A stretch of DNA of 64,000 nucleotides from positions 992,001 to 1,056,000 of the forward strand of contig JBLDXI010000012.1 of the NCBI GenBank assembly GCA_047495785.1. The letters are read 5' to 3'. The translations under genes were made by a program, and so were the position numbers. Positions 13,301-27,000 of the stretch are shown in pieces (the first letter of the stretch is position 1; the number at the start of each line of letters is the position of its first letter). Origin of the DNA: Lepidodermella squamata (Eukaryota; Animalia; Gastrotricha). The notes under the pieces were generated by a model that was not told the DNA's origin, searched no databases, and was given only the letters and a program-made list of their open reading frames with translations.

Positions 13301-16300
13301 TGTAGTTAGTAATGAAGCCAAATATTCTATAGCGAAAATCCATAAAATTGTGATTTAATCTTGAACACATTGTTAAAAAATTAATACCGTGGGCAATTGA
13401 GTAAGCTGGCCGAGGAAAAAATATTTGTATAATGTAAAAAGAGCAGAAAAATACGGAAAACATAACTTCAAAATTTTAGGAAATGAACTATTTGACCGTT
13501 TCAAGTGAAAGTAAGGTATGACGAAATTTCCGAATTTTCGCGTTGGCTCGGAAGGTCCCATTCTTTGGTTACACTGTGTCCTGAACCATACTAACAGTCT
13601 ATGTTTTAGATCTTACATCCTCCTCAATATAAGGTAGATAACCCCTGATTGCCAAAAAGTCCCAAAGTTTAGCACAATTTTAAAGAAATGTTCATGTCTC
13701 TTGTCTCTTTAAGATTCCTCATTTCTTAATACCCCACAGATAATAATCGGCTTATTATGAAATGATACGAAAATATGCTATTCGGCAGATTAGAAGTGGG
13801 CGCAAAAAATGAAAAATTGGGGCGCACTTTCCATTTTATAGAGCTTGTTTCTCAAAAACCCTAACGGCTTTGAGCCTTTGACGCTCATTGATCTTGACAG
13901 CGGCGCCAAAAAGAAATGTCGCCAAACCTCACTTTTCACTTGTTAATGGTCGTTTTGATTTTACTAAAACAGAAGAGCTACGAATAAATCAACTAAAAAT
14001 CTAGCACTAATAAATGATTCATTGAAAAAAACTTGAGACTTACATCAGCTCCATCGCTTCTGTCATCGATCGCAATGTCGATTGTCATGCCACGAGCTGA
14101 TTCCGCGCCGCCATTCATTGTCGCCGTGCCTCGCCTTCTGCCATCGCTCGCATCCATTCGATTCGGCCGACGAATATTGCGCAGTTTCGACTCGAACAGC
14201 TTGCCAAACCAAATTTCTTCCAGCGCCTTCAACGACTTCTCAATTTTAAGATCTTTATCAGCCCGTTGAACGATGTGATAAACATCTCCGGTGTTGTTTT
14301 GCAAGCCAAGATCTAGCATTTGGCCGAAAGTTGACGTTCGAATTGAGTCGGAATCCATAAAAACTGCCGAGTTGATAGCTCTCAGCAGTTGTTTCCAGTG
14401 ACGAGCTCGCATCGCTGGGTTAGAAACGCTTTCTAACAGCGGGACGTATTCATCAACGATTTTCGCGTTTGCCTCGCTGCTTTTGACAATCGCCCAATCA
14501 CGAGCTTCAACAGGCAGCAGTTGCATGCGTTTAATTTCACCCGCGACATCCTCGCGTAATTTCGCGAAATTCATGCGAATCCACGGCTGATTGCACCAGT
14601 CGCGATATTTGTTCGAAAATGCAGCAACGCATTGCCAGACACGTTCTAGTACGACCAATCGCTTTTTCGCCCGGCTGATCAAGTCAAAATCAACGACAGA
14701 TGCTTCGACAAAGTTCTGCAATTCTTTTAAATCCTGGGCAGTGTCTTCGATTTCTCGCAGTTGGCGATTGAAATTTTCGATTTGCTCGAAAGCGACTTCG
14801 AAAGTAACTTCATCGTCCTCCGCATACAAATTCGCTGTTTCAATTTTGGTCCATAACTCGCCGAGGAATCGATTGAACTCCTTCAACTCATTCGTAACTT
14901 TGACGATATGAGTTTGAATTTTCGGGGCCAACTTTTGTTTAGCGAGAGAAACTTTGGTTTTAACAGCATTCCAGCGACTCGGCGACGAAGTAAATTGGGC
15001 CTGGTGATTTCCGGGTAGGCCATGGCCGTAGCGCTGAATCATACCAACAGCTCGTTGTAGAACGGGGAATTTCGACTCAACTTCGGTTTGCTTCTTCTGA
15101 ATTTGGTTGACCAAGTTCATGAGAGTTTTGTAGGATTTGAAGTCATTTTCATTCAACTGGTCAATTTTAGCTTCGACATCGTCCAAAAATTCTCGAAGCG
15201 CGTCGACAAACGTGACGGTATGGTCGATCAAATAACGAGCGTAGACGTAGATTGATTTCGAGGCTAGGACTATCAAAGAATCGCGGATTGGGCGAATATC
15301 GAGGCGGATGAAGCCGCAATCGTGGAAATCTGGCATTGAATTCAACTCATCGACCATCGCTTTGTAAGCGCTCATTTCTACATCGAAATCGTCCAAGGTC
15401 GGGAGATTAGGCCCGATGACGTTATTACCGCCGTGGCCAACACGATGGCGAGTAAGGCTTATCACTGTTCTAGTTTCCGAGGCAGCAGTCATCTCCCGAG
15501 AGACATCGCCCTGATCCGGTTTCCTCTCTTCCCCGCGATGGCCAGCAGCAGGCGTGTTGGGAGCACTGTTTTCGCCCTTGGATTGATTTCGGCTGGGGCT
15601 CTTGCCAGATTTTCCGGCGTTTTTACCACTTTCGATGAATTCTTCAAAAACTCTAGCAACATCTTGCTCCCACAGCCTAGTGAAGCCCTCGAAAATCGGC
15701 AAAACTTGTTTGCAAGTCGCGACTGAAACATCGATGACTGACCAAATTTTCGAGAGAATCCCCTGAATTTCGGTGTCTTGCCGGAGTAACACGTCAAAAT
15801 GGCGATCGTCGTCACTGGAGGCTGTTATGAAAGCAACATGCCGCGACGTGCTGAAACAAGCGTCCAGCCAATCGGCCAACGTTTCGCTCAAACACTTCTT
15901 ATTCATAGATTTATCGAGGGGCGGAATGAACATCAAGGTATTCTGGGTTAGCATCAGTTCGATAGTAAGGAAAGGTGGGTCGTAAGTATCGGCCGATACC
16001 GATGTCATAATTTCCTGTTCCTCGACCAGGCGAAGCGCCCCACATCGGCGAAAATTCTCAACCAAACAAATCAGATTATAAGTGCAGAGGCGAAGTAAAT
16101 TGTCTAAAACAATCGTGTTGATACTTTCAGTACAAGCAACCCAAGCTGGGGAAACGCGACTTATTTGGACACAACCGAAAATGGTTTCAACTGTTGACTG
16201 AATCCTCTGGCCGAGGGGATGCAAACAATCCTGAGCTCGGATTTGAAGTTTCTCCGAGCAGTCTTCGAGTGTTAGCATTCTCCGCTCTTCCCATGTCAGG

Positions 16301-19300
16301 GATTCTAGCTCCTCAACACCTGGGGCAAACACAGTCAAAGGTAAACCGTTCCAAATTTTCGTTGTTTGGACAATTTCCACAATGCAAGTGCGAACTGTGA
16401 GCACCCTTTGCCACAAATCACTGCTCAAATTAGTTGACAGGGAAATTATGTAATCGCCGAGTCGTTCCATGTTCCAGCAAACAGTCGTGCAGCCTTCATC
16501 AACCAGTTGATGAGCGTTGGCGAAACTATCGTTGAATAAATTCATTTCCAATTCGGTAGCATCACAGAAAATCGCGTTGTAAGTCCCAGCTATGACATGT
16601 AATCGAGTAGCGGCTGAGAACACACGTTGCCAATCGACAGCTTTCACAACGGTTGGCAACTGAATATCAGAATTTTCAGGTGATTTCGAGAGGCAAACAA
16701 GTTCGCGTAATAAGACTGATTGCTCAGTTGAAATGTTGATGGAAAGAGATGACCTCGTTCTGTTACCATCAGATTCAATTTTCTCAAGATAAACAGGTTG
16801 TTTAAGGTGTTCAACCAGAGCTTCAACAACTCGATCAGTCCAATGCTTGCTAGCATCGGGGTAGAATCGTTCGATATCGGCTAATACTTCGCGATAAGCG
16901 TCGCGAATGTGCCAACCTTCCTCGTCCTCGAAAATGAAGGGGCAGACACGTTGAGTCAGCTCGAAAACCCCGACTAGGCGATCTTTCAACGCTTGGGCCC
17001 ATCTGAGAGTCGAAACAAAGCTTGGAACATTGCGCTGATGCGGTATCATTCCAGGCGTTTTGGTACCTGCATTGAATGTGCGGCGAGTTGACGCTATTTC
17101 GTCTTTCAAACCTTCAGTGATAGCGCTGAATTCGTCAATCAACGCATCTCTAATACGTTTTCGACTGCTGACGTTGCCGAATATTTCGGTGAAACACAGA
17201 CGTGATGACAAGGTAAAAGTTTGCCGGTAGCCAGCTCGCATGATCGCCACTAGTTTATCCTCCAATTCCATCACAACGAGTCGCAATTTGTAGAAAGCCC
17301 TCTCAAATGGCCTGCTGCAGTCGATATCCAATACGTTAGGTACGCTAGCGAAGAATTCGCTTGTTGCAGCAATGTAAGCCGCGAAAACATCAGCGACAAG
17401 TGCGTCGAGCGATGCTGAGCCTGTCCCACCCAAATCCGCCAAATCGGACAGCCGCCTGAAATGATCGGTCGTTTGTACTAACTCAAGCAAATCATTGCAG
17501 CGCTCCATAAAAGCATTCATGTAATCAAAACATGGAGCGTTTCTTGGAGGCCAAGGGCTATATTGAGCAAGTGGTTCAATCATCGTCATGACTTTCAATC
17601 CTCTCGGATTAGATGATCGAAACTCGAATTGTCCGAATAATTTGGTGTGGAATAAATTATCGTTTCTTGGTTGATGAGCCAATTTTTCCGCATTTTCCCG
17701 TCGCCTCTGATCATTTATGGCGTCGGCTTTCGCTTTCCAGTCGAGATAAGCCCCGCGAAAAGACGCACAGATTCGCAGCGCATCCCTCAACATGTCGTGA
17801 GATTTCTCGGGATTGTTTATAACGTCTTTGGTCTCCGCTCCAACAAATGCTTGTGCAATCTGCACAATGAAGTTCGCAGTTTCTTGCAATAATCCAAGAA
17901 ACGGTTTGGTTTGGTGATAGTACACGGAAGTTTTCCACATCAACAGGACGGTGTGCACAAGAGCAGGAATATTTGCGCAAATTTGGGTAGCATCCATTTG
18001 CTGAACAAAGCCTCGCAGTTTCTTGCAGCATTTATCCAAAGTGGTGAGGAGAATCAAGTTTTCCTGTGTTTCTTGAGCCGCACTTTGTAGCTCATCCAGG
18101 ATTTGTTTACGGTTCATGGCATAGGCGCTGCCACTCTGCTGAAGCATCTCGAATACTTCTAGAACTGGTTCAGACGCAAAATGATCTATAACCCTTTCCA
18201 AATCACGCAAATGGTGCTGAACCGTTGCCAGTTCATCGCCGATAGTTGGATGCTTGTATAGTTGAGAAACTGCCTTGACGACGTCAAAGCCCAATATAGT
18301 CTAGAAATGACAAAACAAAAAAATTACCAAGGAAGGGGTAACTAGGCGCTATAAATAGCACGCCACTTAAAGTCAAGTAAACCAGCAAAAATATATGAAT
18401 TCTGCAGCTTATTCTACGCAGCTATAACAATTCGAAATAGGTCGTTTTAAGAATAGCTAACATAGAGGCTACATTACCATCAATCGGCGCTGGGACTGTT
18501 TTAAATGTTGCAACATAATATATAACTTAACGTGTAGATGGTTGACGACATACCTTCACATGCTTGTTCCAATTAACCACTAGTGATTCCAAAATGTGGA
18601 CAAATCCAGGACGGCTTGTACCAGCGTCGAGCTGCCATTGCTTCAAGAGGTCGGTATTAGGTTTCGCCAAAACAGCTTTGTTCTGTAAGTAATGTCATCA
18701 AGTTTTACGAAGCCTCTGCTGTTTTAATGGCCTTCGAACCTGAACTTGGCCCTCGGTAACTTGAATTGCGGATGAAAGTTTGAGAAACTGCTCGAAAACT
18801 TTGTCTCCGACCGCCGGATTTTGCTCTCGATGAGATCGAAACTCTGCACTGAATACCGGTAGAAAGACATTGTCAACCAAGAAATTTGAATGACGCAGTA
18901 AGCTCGAAGTTGTTTCAATAATTGACACGCAGTGGTCTGCAAAATATCATATAATTAATAAGTTGACAACTTTCTGGGAGTTTCTCACCAATGCTCTCTA
19001 AGGTAGGAACAGCATTAGCGGGTTGTTTCACGAATGTAATCAATTTTCCATTGAATACTGCAGGTGGTGCCGGTGATGCAAACAGTGATTTGGCCCCATC
19101 ATAGCCGACGAAAAGTTCAGATACCTTATCTGAGTTTAGGAACTGAGTGATTGAAATCCTTAAGAAAAAGGCATCAACGATAAAATATTCATTTGAGATG
19201 AAATTACCGATTTTGCTCTTTGGCCAGTAGCAGCTTAAGCTCATCTGACTTCGGTTTCAAACTCAGAACAACTTTACCGTTAATCCATTGGTATCTCCCA

Positions 19301-19311
19301 TCGGTGTCCAT
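1378..19311 (-). CDS. Divergent axonemal-type dynein heavy chain (~5,133 aa, 9 exons) with degenerate AAA1
   Basis: Exons 19311-19208, 19158-18989, 18936-18740, 18682-18554, 18300-14044, 13179-9378, 8803-6671, 6398-5128 and 4716-1378 join in frame with GT-AG introns (15,402 nt). Tail motifs LVDNVFLPVF, VHILESLVVNW and NPAMRARHWKQL; linker FPRL; P-loops GPACSGKT and GTDGCGKT; Walker B FIDDLH; stalk coiled coil with an MTBD-like ELRS..KP..SWQRGAK. Confidence 0.88.
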
Positions 19312-22300
19312 ACTCAATTCATCAATATAATAAAGATCTCTTCAGATTCAGAGATTATATTAAGCAAGTGACTTAGTATGGCGTAGGATTGTTATTCTCA
19401 ATGCGACAAATACGTCCGCTAGAATAAGAAATACACAATGTAGCCTTATTTGACTTTTATTGGAACCTTATTGGAACTGAGCGGCAGCAATTTTTATTCC
19501 CACTCCCAGATCATCCTTATGACGGCTACGGCGCCAAATATAGCACATGCCGGTCCTCTTAAGGCCGGAATACGAGTCGCCAAACGTCGTCATGACTATA
19601 TAAAAAATTATTCGCAGTTCCCAATAAAAGTAAAAAATGTATATTTTACATCAATTTATAAAATATACTGTCAAGTTCAAATAGTCCGCGAAAAAAGACA
19701 GCTGATTTTTGGCTTCGAGTTTATTTCTCTCAGCGGGATGCGATCGTGCTCTGAACTCGGAGCTCTCTGCCAATATTGGAGAGTGGTCTAATTCAAACTT
19801 TCGTATAGCTATACCAAAGTGCGTTCGCTTGCGAAAGTGCATCGTTAGCAGCCAAGTCCCAGTGATTTTGTCGGAGTTTTCCCGAGACAAATACTCTGGT
19901 TTTGACGGATCAATGTCGCCTTGTGGATTCTACTCTGAGAGTAGTCTAGCAGTTATTCTTTAGTAGCCTACTATTGTTTTTTGTTTATTTCTCTTCCCCG
20001 GGAAGGCGAAGGCAAAGTAAACCAAAGGTTTAGCCACACGCCCTTATAATTTTGGTTACATTGCTACTTACAATCTGTTCGAGTCCTACCTATATCCATT
20101 TTTTCGTATCTATTCGTAGTTAAGGACTCGTGCCGAATTTTGCATCAACACTTGTATAACAACAAGTAGCACACTAGCTCATTAGCACCTCTATATCAAT
20201 GCAATAAACTATAAATCAAGGGCTATTTCGTAGTTCTCAACTATGTGTCATCTGCCAAGTTTTCTTTGCGAGTAGCTCCCACATCTAGAAATTCATATTG
20301 GCAGAATTAAATGAGTGAAGATAGTAGTGGGAACGCAAGTAAATTTCCCTAACCTATGCCAATTATTACAGAGAAATATCGTGAAGAGATTATCAGTTAC
20401 TGAAATGCTTGATAGCATTACCTTTTGAACACTACTCCGGCTGTTTAATAAAAGGTTAATTCTGCGTTTGCGAATAACTCTCATAATATCTTTGAACAAT
20501 AATTAAAAATCTTACACTTTAAAAATTATCTAATTTTGGTAGCGGGGCGCGTCGATAGATCCTTTCAGTAGATTTTAGCATTATACTCACACAGCTTGGC
20601 ATCGATGCTCGCGAACCAGAAAAAATATTTGAAATTTTACAAGATTTAACAAAGTCGAATTGAAAGTCTTTGTTATTGCAGCTTCCACGCATTATATTGA
20701 AAAATAGATGATTGGTCGACAAAACTATGAATAATTGTTAATGACCTTCTGTCAACTACTTGTGAAGTTTTCCAATTTGAACTTGGAATTACCACATCCA
20801 ATTTTTTTTACCCAAGTCACTTGAGTAAACCATTATCAGAGCGCGTCGCCTCGACTACCCTTGACTCGTGCATTACGTGCCACCGGGAGCGACTCGTCTG
20901 CGTGCGAGAAAAGTATGCAGCCTGTATTTATGTTCAAAATAATTTTTTAGTGAAGTCGCCCTTTTGGCGCATAGCTAACGCGTTGTGGGTCATGAATTAC
21001 GTATTATTGCACTGAAAATTCTTTTGATCCATGCCCCGACATCGCAAATTCCTTAACTAATAGCGGCAGTTGAAAACATTGACATGACATAAAGTTTTAT
21101 ATCATCAATTATAGCCGGCATTTTGCGCACTAGCCTATAATTTTAAGAGTGAGCATATGGTAACATTTCTGTTTTATGTTATTCGCTGAGTTCATTTTTG
21201 TTATTCGCTAAAACTTTTATTACCGCAGTAAATACACAAGCTCGATTTGTGACTACATCTTCCACATCTTCTTCTGAATTATTTCATTGAAGCATAAATA
21301 ATCTAACAAATTGAGCCTTTATGTAAAGCTGCCCATCCTGATTTTCTTGAATATTGCAAATCTAAGTGACAAAGTGGGGCATTGAATATGGCATGGCAAA
21401 TTTATTCATAAAATTTTAGCTACAACGCAGCGATAATTTGAAATCATTATACTTTCGTAATGTTTCAGTACTCCCATGTACTAACTTCAGACTAAGAAAT
21501 AGACAAAAACAAAACAACAATAGCGAAAGAGAAATAACTGCAATAAGAAGACAAAAAAGTATTCGATGTTTTGCTGCGGTCTGAAGATAGCACTTCGGCT
21601 TACCGGAAGGTTACGTAAATTCAAGAAAGTTGATGATTACACATTATCGCCACCTTTTTGCTTTTCATCTACTCGTCTTCATGGTACTCATTTGAACGTC
21701 ATAAAACGACCAATTATTATGTGTTTTCACATTTCAGTCCTTACGTGATTTGGAATTCTATGCACGTTTTTTCTATGCTCTGTATGAGTCATTTATCTTG
21801 GCGAGATCACGAATTATCAGCTTCTTGAAGCGAAGTTTATTTTATTTTACCAAATATAGTTAACTCCTTAATGTGAATATGATCAAAAGATGTGCGTGTC
21901 AAAGCCGTGCATCTCTGCTTTGCAGGCTGGATTCATGGCGCAGCCATAGTTTCACGTTTTTCATTTATAATCAGGCAAATTATAAAAAGCTCACTTGTCC
22001 GTGCAAATAGCGTAAGTAAGAAATAGTCAGCAATCGGTCTTCTTTTTTTCTAATGAAGAGGGTGAGGTCTGGCTAAATGATGTTATAGGTTAATGCCGCA
22101 GAGATCGATGTATTTTATTCTATGGAAAGGAACATCGCAAAAAATTGCATTTCGTTATGATCAACAAAAAGCTGAGCCGTGGTTCGTTTGTTAGTGCGCA
22201 TGTATCGAAAACAGCCGATTTTTTGTGTTCCGCTCACGGTGCATCTAATGGCTGTTATAAATTGCTTGGCCCTTCAAGTACGCGCGCGCGCAGAAGCGGG

Positions 22301-24045
22301 GCCCGGATCTCAGCGCTAGGTAACCTATTAGCAATTGGGAACAATGTTTTTCATTACGTTTATTTTCGCAAGCAGGCCCCGGTCCAATATTTGGCGCCGA
22401 GTCGATGAAAAAATAATGCATGCTTGAGTGGCTGGGTTAAGCGATTTGTAAAAGTACTAATCCCGAGATTTTGTCGAAAAATGTTTATCGTCTGCAAGGA
22501 AAACGCTTTTAATTTTCAGCACCTTTTTGAAAAGCGATGAATATTGACGCGGGCTGCAAAAATCTTGCTATTCTTTTCATACTGATGAGTTTCGTTTTTA
22601 TCCGCGCGTCACTTTGTGCGCGAACTAAATAAGTAATAAGTATGCTGAATAGGGTTTTCCTGTTTGTGTGCGTGTGGCTGGGTGGGTAATTTTGTGTTTG
22701 CGGCCGTCGTTGGCTGATGCTTTTCCTGATATTGCCGTACTTTCGTCTTCTTCTTCTGATACTTGTGCACCGCCTGATGCCTTTTTCTTAATGACGATTT
22801 CATCGCATGCGCACGTGTTGTTGCCTATATGTGACCGCGAGTCCTGACGTATCTCCGATATTTTCGCATGGACTTCACACAACGGGGTGGGTCGTTCGCC
22901 ATCGATTTTTTTCGCTGCAGTCAGCGGCGCTCATGGCGGCAATCTCGTAGTCCTTATAGTAGTAGTAGTCGTAGTATTATAGTCCTGGATCTGAAAAGCG
23001 CGCTTGCTAGCCACATTTTTACTCTAGTAATAGTAAAATCGAGTGTGACTATATATATGATAATATTCGATATATTAATATGCATGGCAAACATATGAAA
23101 TTGTGATAATAAGAGCACAGAGCAATAAACGTTGGCATTGCTTTTCAAGGATTTTCGGCTCTCCCGTTGTCATCGTCTCGTTCGTTTTTTCGCCGCGTCA
23201 CATATATAGCATTAATAAAACGCTAATATGACCACATTAGACTTTGCGCCGTTGCACTATTATTATTATCATCGCCATCATCATCATCATCCTCATCATC
23301 ATCATCGAAAAATCGCTGCTCTTACAGACTGGAAATAATCAGCTTACCAGAAAATGTATGATGATTTCGCCTCCAAAATTTTGTTTTGTTTCCAGATTTA
23401 GATTATTATCATTTCTGTGTGTATAATATGGGTCTATTTTTATCTTTTATCGATGGTAATTCAACAAAGCGATCATCGTCGCCTTTCTTCGAAATAAACT
23501 GAGACCTTTCTGCTATTTTTCTACCACAACCACGAATTATTTTATCGACGGGCCTACGTTCGTACAGCCGACGAGCCAAGTGATTAAATTTGCATCATTG
23601 CGACGTTATGTCGTCCAATTGCTACGAAGTATCAGCTAATACGAGATCACATCGATCAAACCTGCTGGTTGCTAGCAGCTGCATTGCGACCGGGTTCGCC
23701 TGCTGGCACCTGGCTGAGATAGCGTAGCATAAATTATAGTACCTACGCGTGTTACTCGAAGACGAACGAAACTGTTATATTATTATTTTTATTACCTCGA
23801 TCTCGCGCGGTAGTAGAAATCTCGCAAGCATCGATCTACGAATAAGCGAAGTCGACTCTCTCTTCCTCTTCGTTTCTTCGTTGTTTACGTGTGCGTCCTA
23901 CCATCTATTTAAGTGTCTGGCCGTCATCATCATCATCATCAAAAACAAACGACAATCGACTCGATTTTCTCGCTCGGAATTTTCTACAACGCCACAGTTG
24001 CTTGTGCTGATATCACATAATGCATCGTAGTCGCTGTCTCAATCG

Positions 24046-27000
24046 ATGCTAATGTTGCCTTTTACGTCTCTCGTACCGCTGATTCTTCGCAAGGACGCTG
24101 CCATCAAGGTGCTGCCCGTTGTTGATGGCAGCCAGCATAGTTCTAGTAGCAAAGACACATCGTCTCTCAGTCACCCGTTCGGGGACCCTCTGGACCTACC
24201 ATTGCAACCCGCAGTAAGTTCAGCCACCTTTGCGGTCATAAATACAGACAATCCCGATATCAAGTTAGCAAATCCCAATTTTTCATTTTTTTTGAACTGA
24301 GGACAAACAGTAGAAATCGAATAATGCTTCGAATATTGTTGGTAATTTTTTGCCTCGCTAATTTTTTTTTTCATTTTGAGTAGTAACTTCATAGGGAGAA
24401 TTGCTTTGTAAAAGTATTATCTTTTGAAATCATTAGGTTTGCCATCAACTTATTCCGAACTTAAGTGTTATTTTTCCCGGACCTAATTATTTGCCGACTA
24501 GGTGTGACGATTTTGCGTGATGTTTTCATTCCATGCACTCATAGTCCCCCGCGGACTTCTATTTCGGGAGATGATAAATTATTTACCCATGCCTTTTTAT
24601 TGAGTGTTAACTTTTCAAGATCCTATTCTAATTTTCGCCGTTCTGGTATTGGTATAAGTCCCAATGTAAATAAAATCAATAAGTTTACACTGTCGAAGTA
24701 TAAAATTGTGTAGTAGAATATATTCGAGTTCTTTTTATCGTAATTATAAGAAATTCCTATCCTCCGCCATTGTGATGCCTAATTCATTTTTCGATATATA
24801 ATAGCGGTCTGGCTACTCGATTGAATTGAATTCCTGCGCAAATTAGGCATGGACTATTTTTTGTGAATCATCACTACGAGACAGACGTTTAATTTCACTA
24901 TATTACGAATTATACGAGCGTAAGATACCGTAGGTAGTAGTAGTAGTAGTGAAATCGCGGCTGGAAATCTAATTACTTGTTGATCATTTTTTGCACTAAT
25001 GCGGTCATCAACAGGCATTTCGTGCGCTTTTATTGCGTATTTTTGCGAATTCCGCGAATTCGAGCTGTTTTGTTGGCACGCTGCGTGCGGCTAAGCTCTT
25101 TTTTTCGATGAGCGGCGATGATGATCGCAATAATAATGATAATAATAATGACGATAGAGCGTTGTGTTCATTACGAATTTTTGCGAACTACGCATATCGA
25201 CGGCGTTGCTCCCTATGCGCATCTCGTCATTACAGTAGCAGTCATTTGTTTTGCTTTTTTTCGTCGTCTGATTTCCGTCACTCTAGTACTTGGAAAGCGC
25301 AAAAAAGTTTGCATTTGATTATTAGCTTTTTATTGTCCTACATAGCAACAAAAAAAATGCGAGAATCTAGGCAGGAAAACGGAATAATATTTCGACTCTT
25401 GTAATGCGCTATTTTTGACAATCTATGATTCAATTTGCATTTGGGACATCGAACTACAAAATCATGACGACTTTACGCCACATCATCAAATCGCTATGCA
25501 GCAATATCAAATTGGTGGTAGCCGACGAATTACGCCAGGTTTTAGTTGACACTTTTTTCTACCTAATTTCCTCTATAAAACGACGCGTATTCCACGAAAA
25601 CAGCGTGGCGCTCGTTTTTTCAATTGTGTTCATATATGTACATTACTTGATGTGTGACGTAATTTTCTCGCGCGCCAGTGAACCGACCTACAAGAAACGT
25701 TATCACGTAAGGTTGTTTAAACACTCTATAGGCGCCGGTATGCATGCTTATCATCACAAAAAATTCGCATTTCCTATTTCGCGAAAATACTTGTTCAGCT
25801 GGACAATGCACCCGCGAAAGCGCCAATTGTTATGATCAACACCTAGTATGATTGTTGAATGTGGGGGTCGCATATTTCTATTCTACTTGGGTCCGATATT
25901 TTTTTAAGCGATAACGAATCGCAGACTTGAGACTTCTAATTGAATTTTTTGTCGCCCCCTCATACAGATTAATTCAGATTATTGGCATTGCGTGATTGTT
26001 CGTCACGTGTTTACTTAGAGATTTTGGCAGTAAACACCGCTCCTTTATCAACAAAGCAGTTTCATCTAATTGTCCATTATTTCAATTGCCAATTAGGTTG
26101 AATAATATGCGAGTATATATTTTGGCTAAAGAACAAGAAGACTCGTCACCTGTTAGTAGTCATAATTTGCTTCCCAGTTACGATGAGTTTTCTGAAGATG
26201 AAGACGCTGAGAATTTTCTGGTCAGAATGAGTAAAAAGCGGCGTATGTCAAGTCCCGGCCCCAATCCCTCCAGAGTATATATTTTTGTTTGAATTCTAAT
26301 TTGCATTGTTTAGTTAATTGTTTTTGCATTTTTTTACAGTTTGTACGAATTTTCAAGCCGCGATGTCGCAACGATCCATACTACGTTACGATGGGCGATG
26401 TTCGAGAGAAGAAGAAAGACCGAGTTCGGCGGCTGTTGTCGCATTGCCCTCGCATCGAATCGCAGCCACTCGAGGCGAGATCGTCGCTTGTCAAATCGCT
26501 AGTCGACGAGTCGATAAACGTTAGTTTGAAATTTAGCTTTTTAATTTTCAATGATTTTTTTTTTAAATATTAGGCGTATTTGGCCAACTTGTCGTCGTGG
26601 GCTAAATTCGACGTTTTCAAATTCGACTCGGCCCTCTCGTCATACCACGGCCTTTCATTGATGGCGGAAATGGCTACGGCCATCGCCTATCATCACAATC
26701 TTTTCGTCAACTGCAAAGTGTCTCCGTCCAATTTCTATGCATGCATGCGTAAGTTCTAGGTCATTTTCCCAATTCCTCCTTAATTCTTTTGTTGAACAGG
26801 TGAAATAAGCAATAATTACTACCGAAGGAATCCATATCACACGGCCTTACATGCTTGCGATGTTCTGCACGCTATGCATTGCCTGATTTCAGAACCTACG
26901 GCCAGCTCAATTCTCATGCCTTTAGATGTGAGCTGAAGAAATTATTAAAAAAATCCACCTTAATTTTGATTTTTTTAATAGAAATTTTCTCTAATCTTCG

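Noticed and set aside
19775-19890. RNase P/MRP-like words (GGGAAAACTCCG, AGACCACTCTCC, GGCAGAGAG)
   Set aside because: No complementary P4 pairing or correct CR-I to CR-V spacing could be built, so the region is kept only as an unidentified structured segment.
19891-19925. ATACTCTGGTTT resembling the U5 snRNA 5' end
   Set aside because: The invariant loop I GCCTTTTAC is absent.
22582-22630. CTGATGAG hammerhead-like core
   Set aside because: There is no stem II followed by GAAA and no closing helices.
20000-24000. Many 60-90-aa ORFs and (ATC)n/(AGT)n microsatellites
   Set aside because: Consistent with promoter, UTR or intron sequence of the PDE gene; no coherent exon chain.
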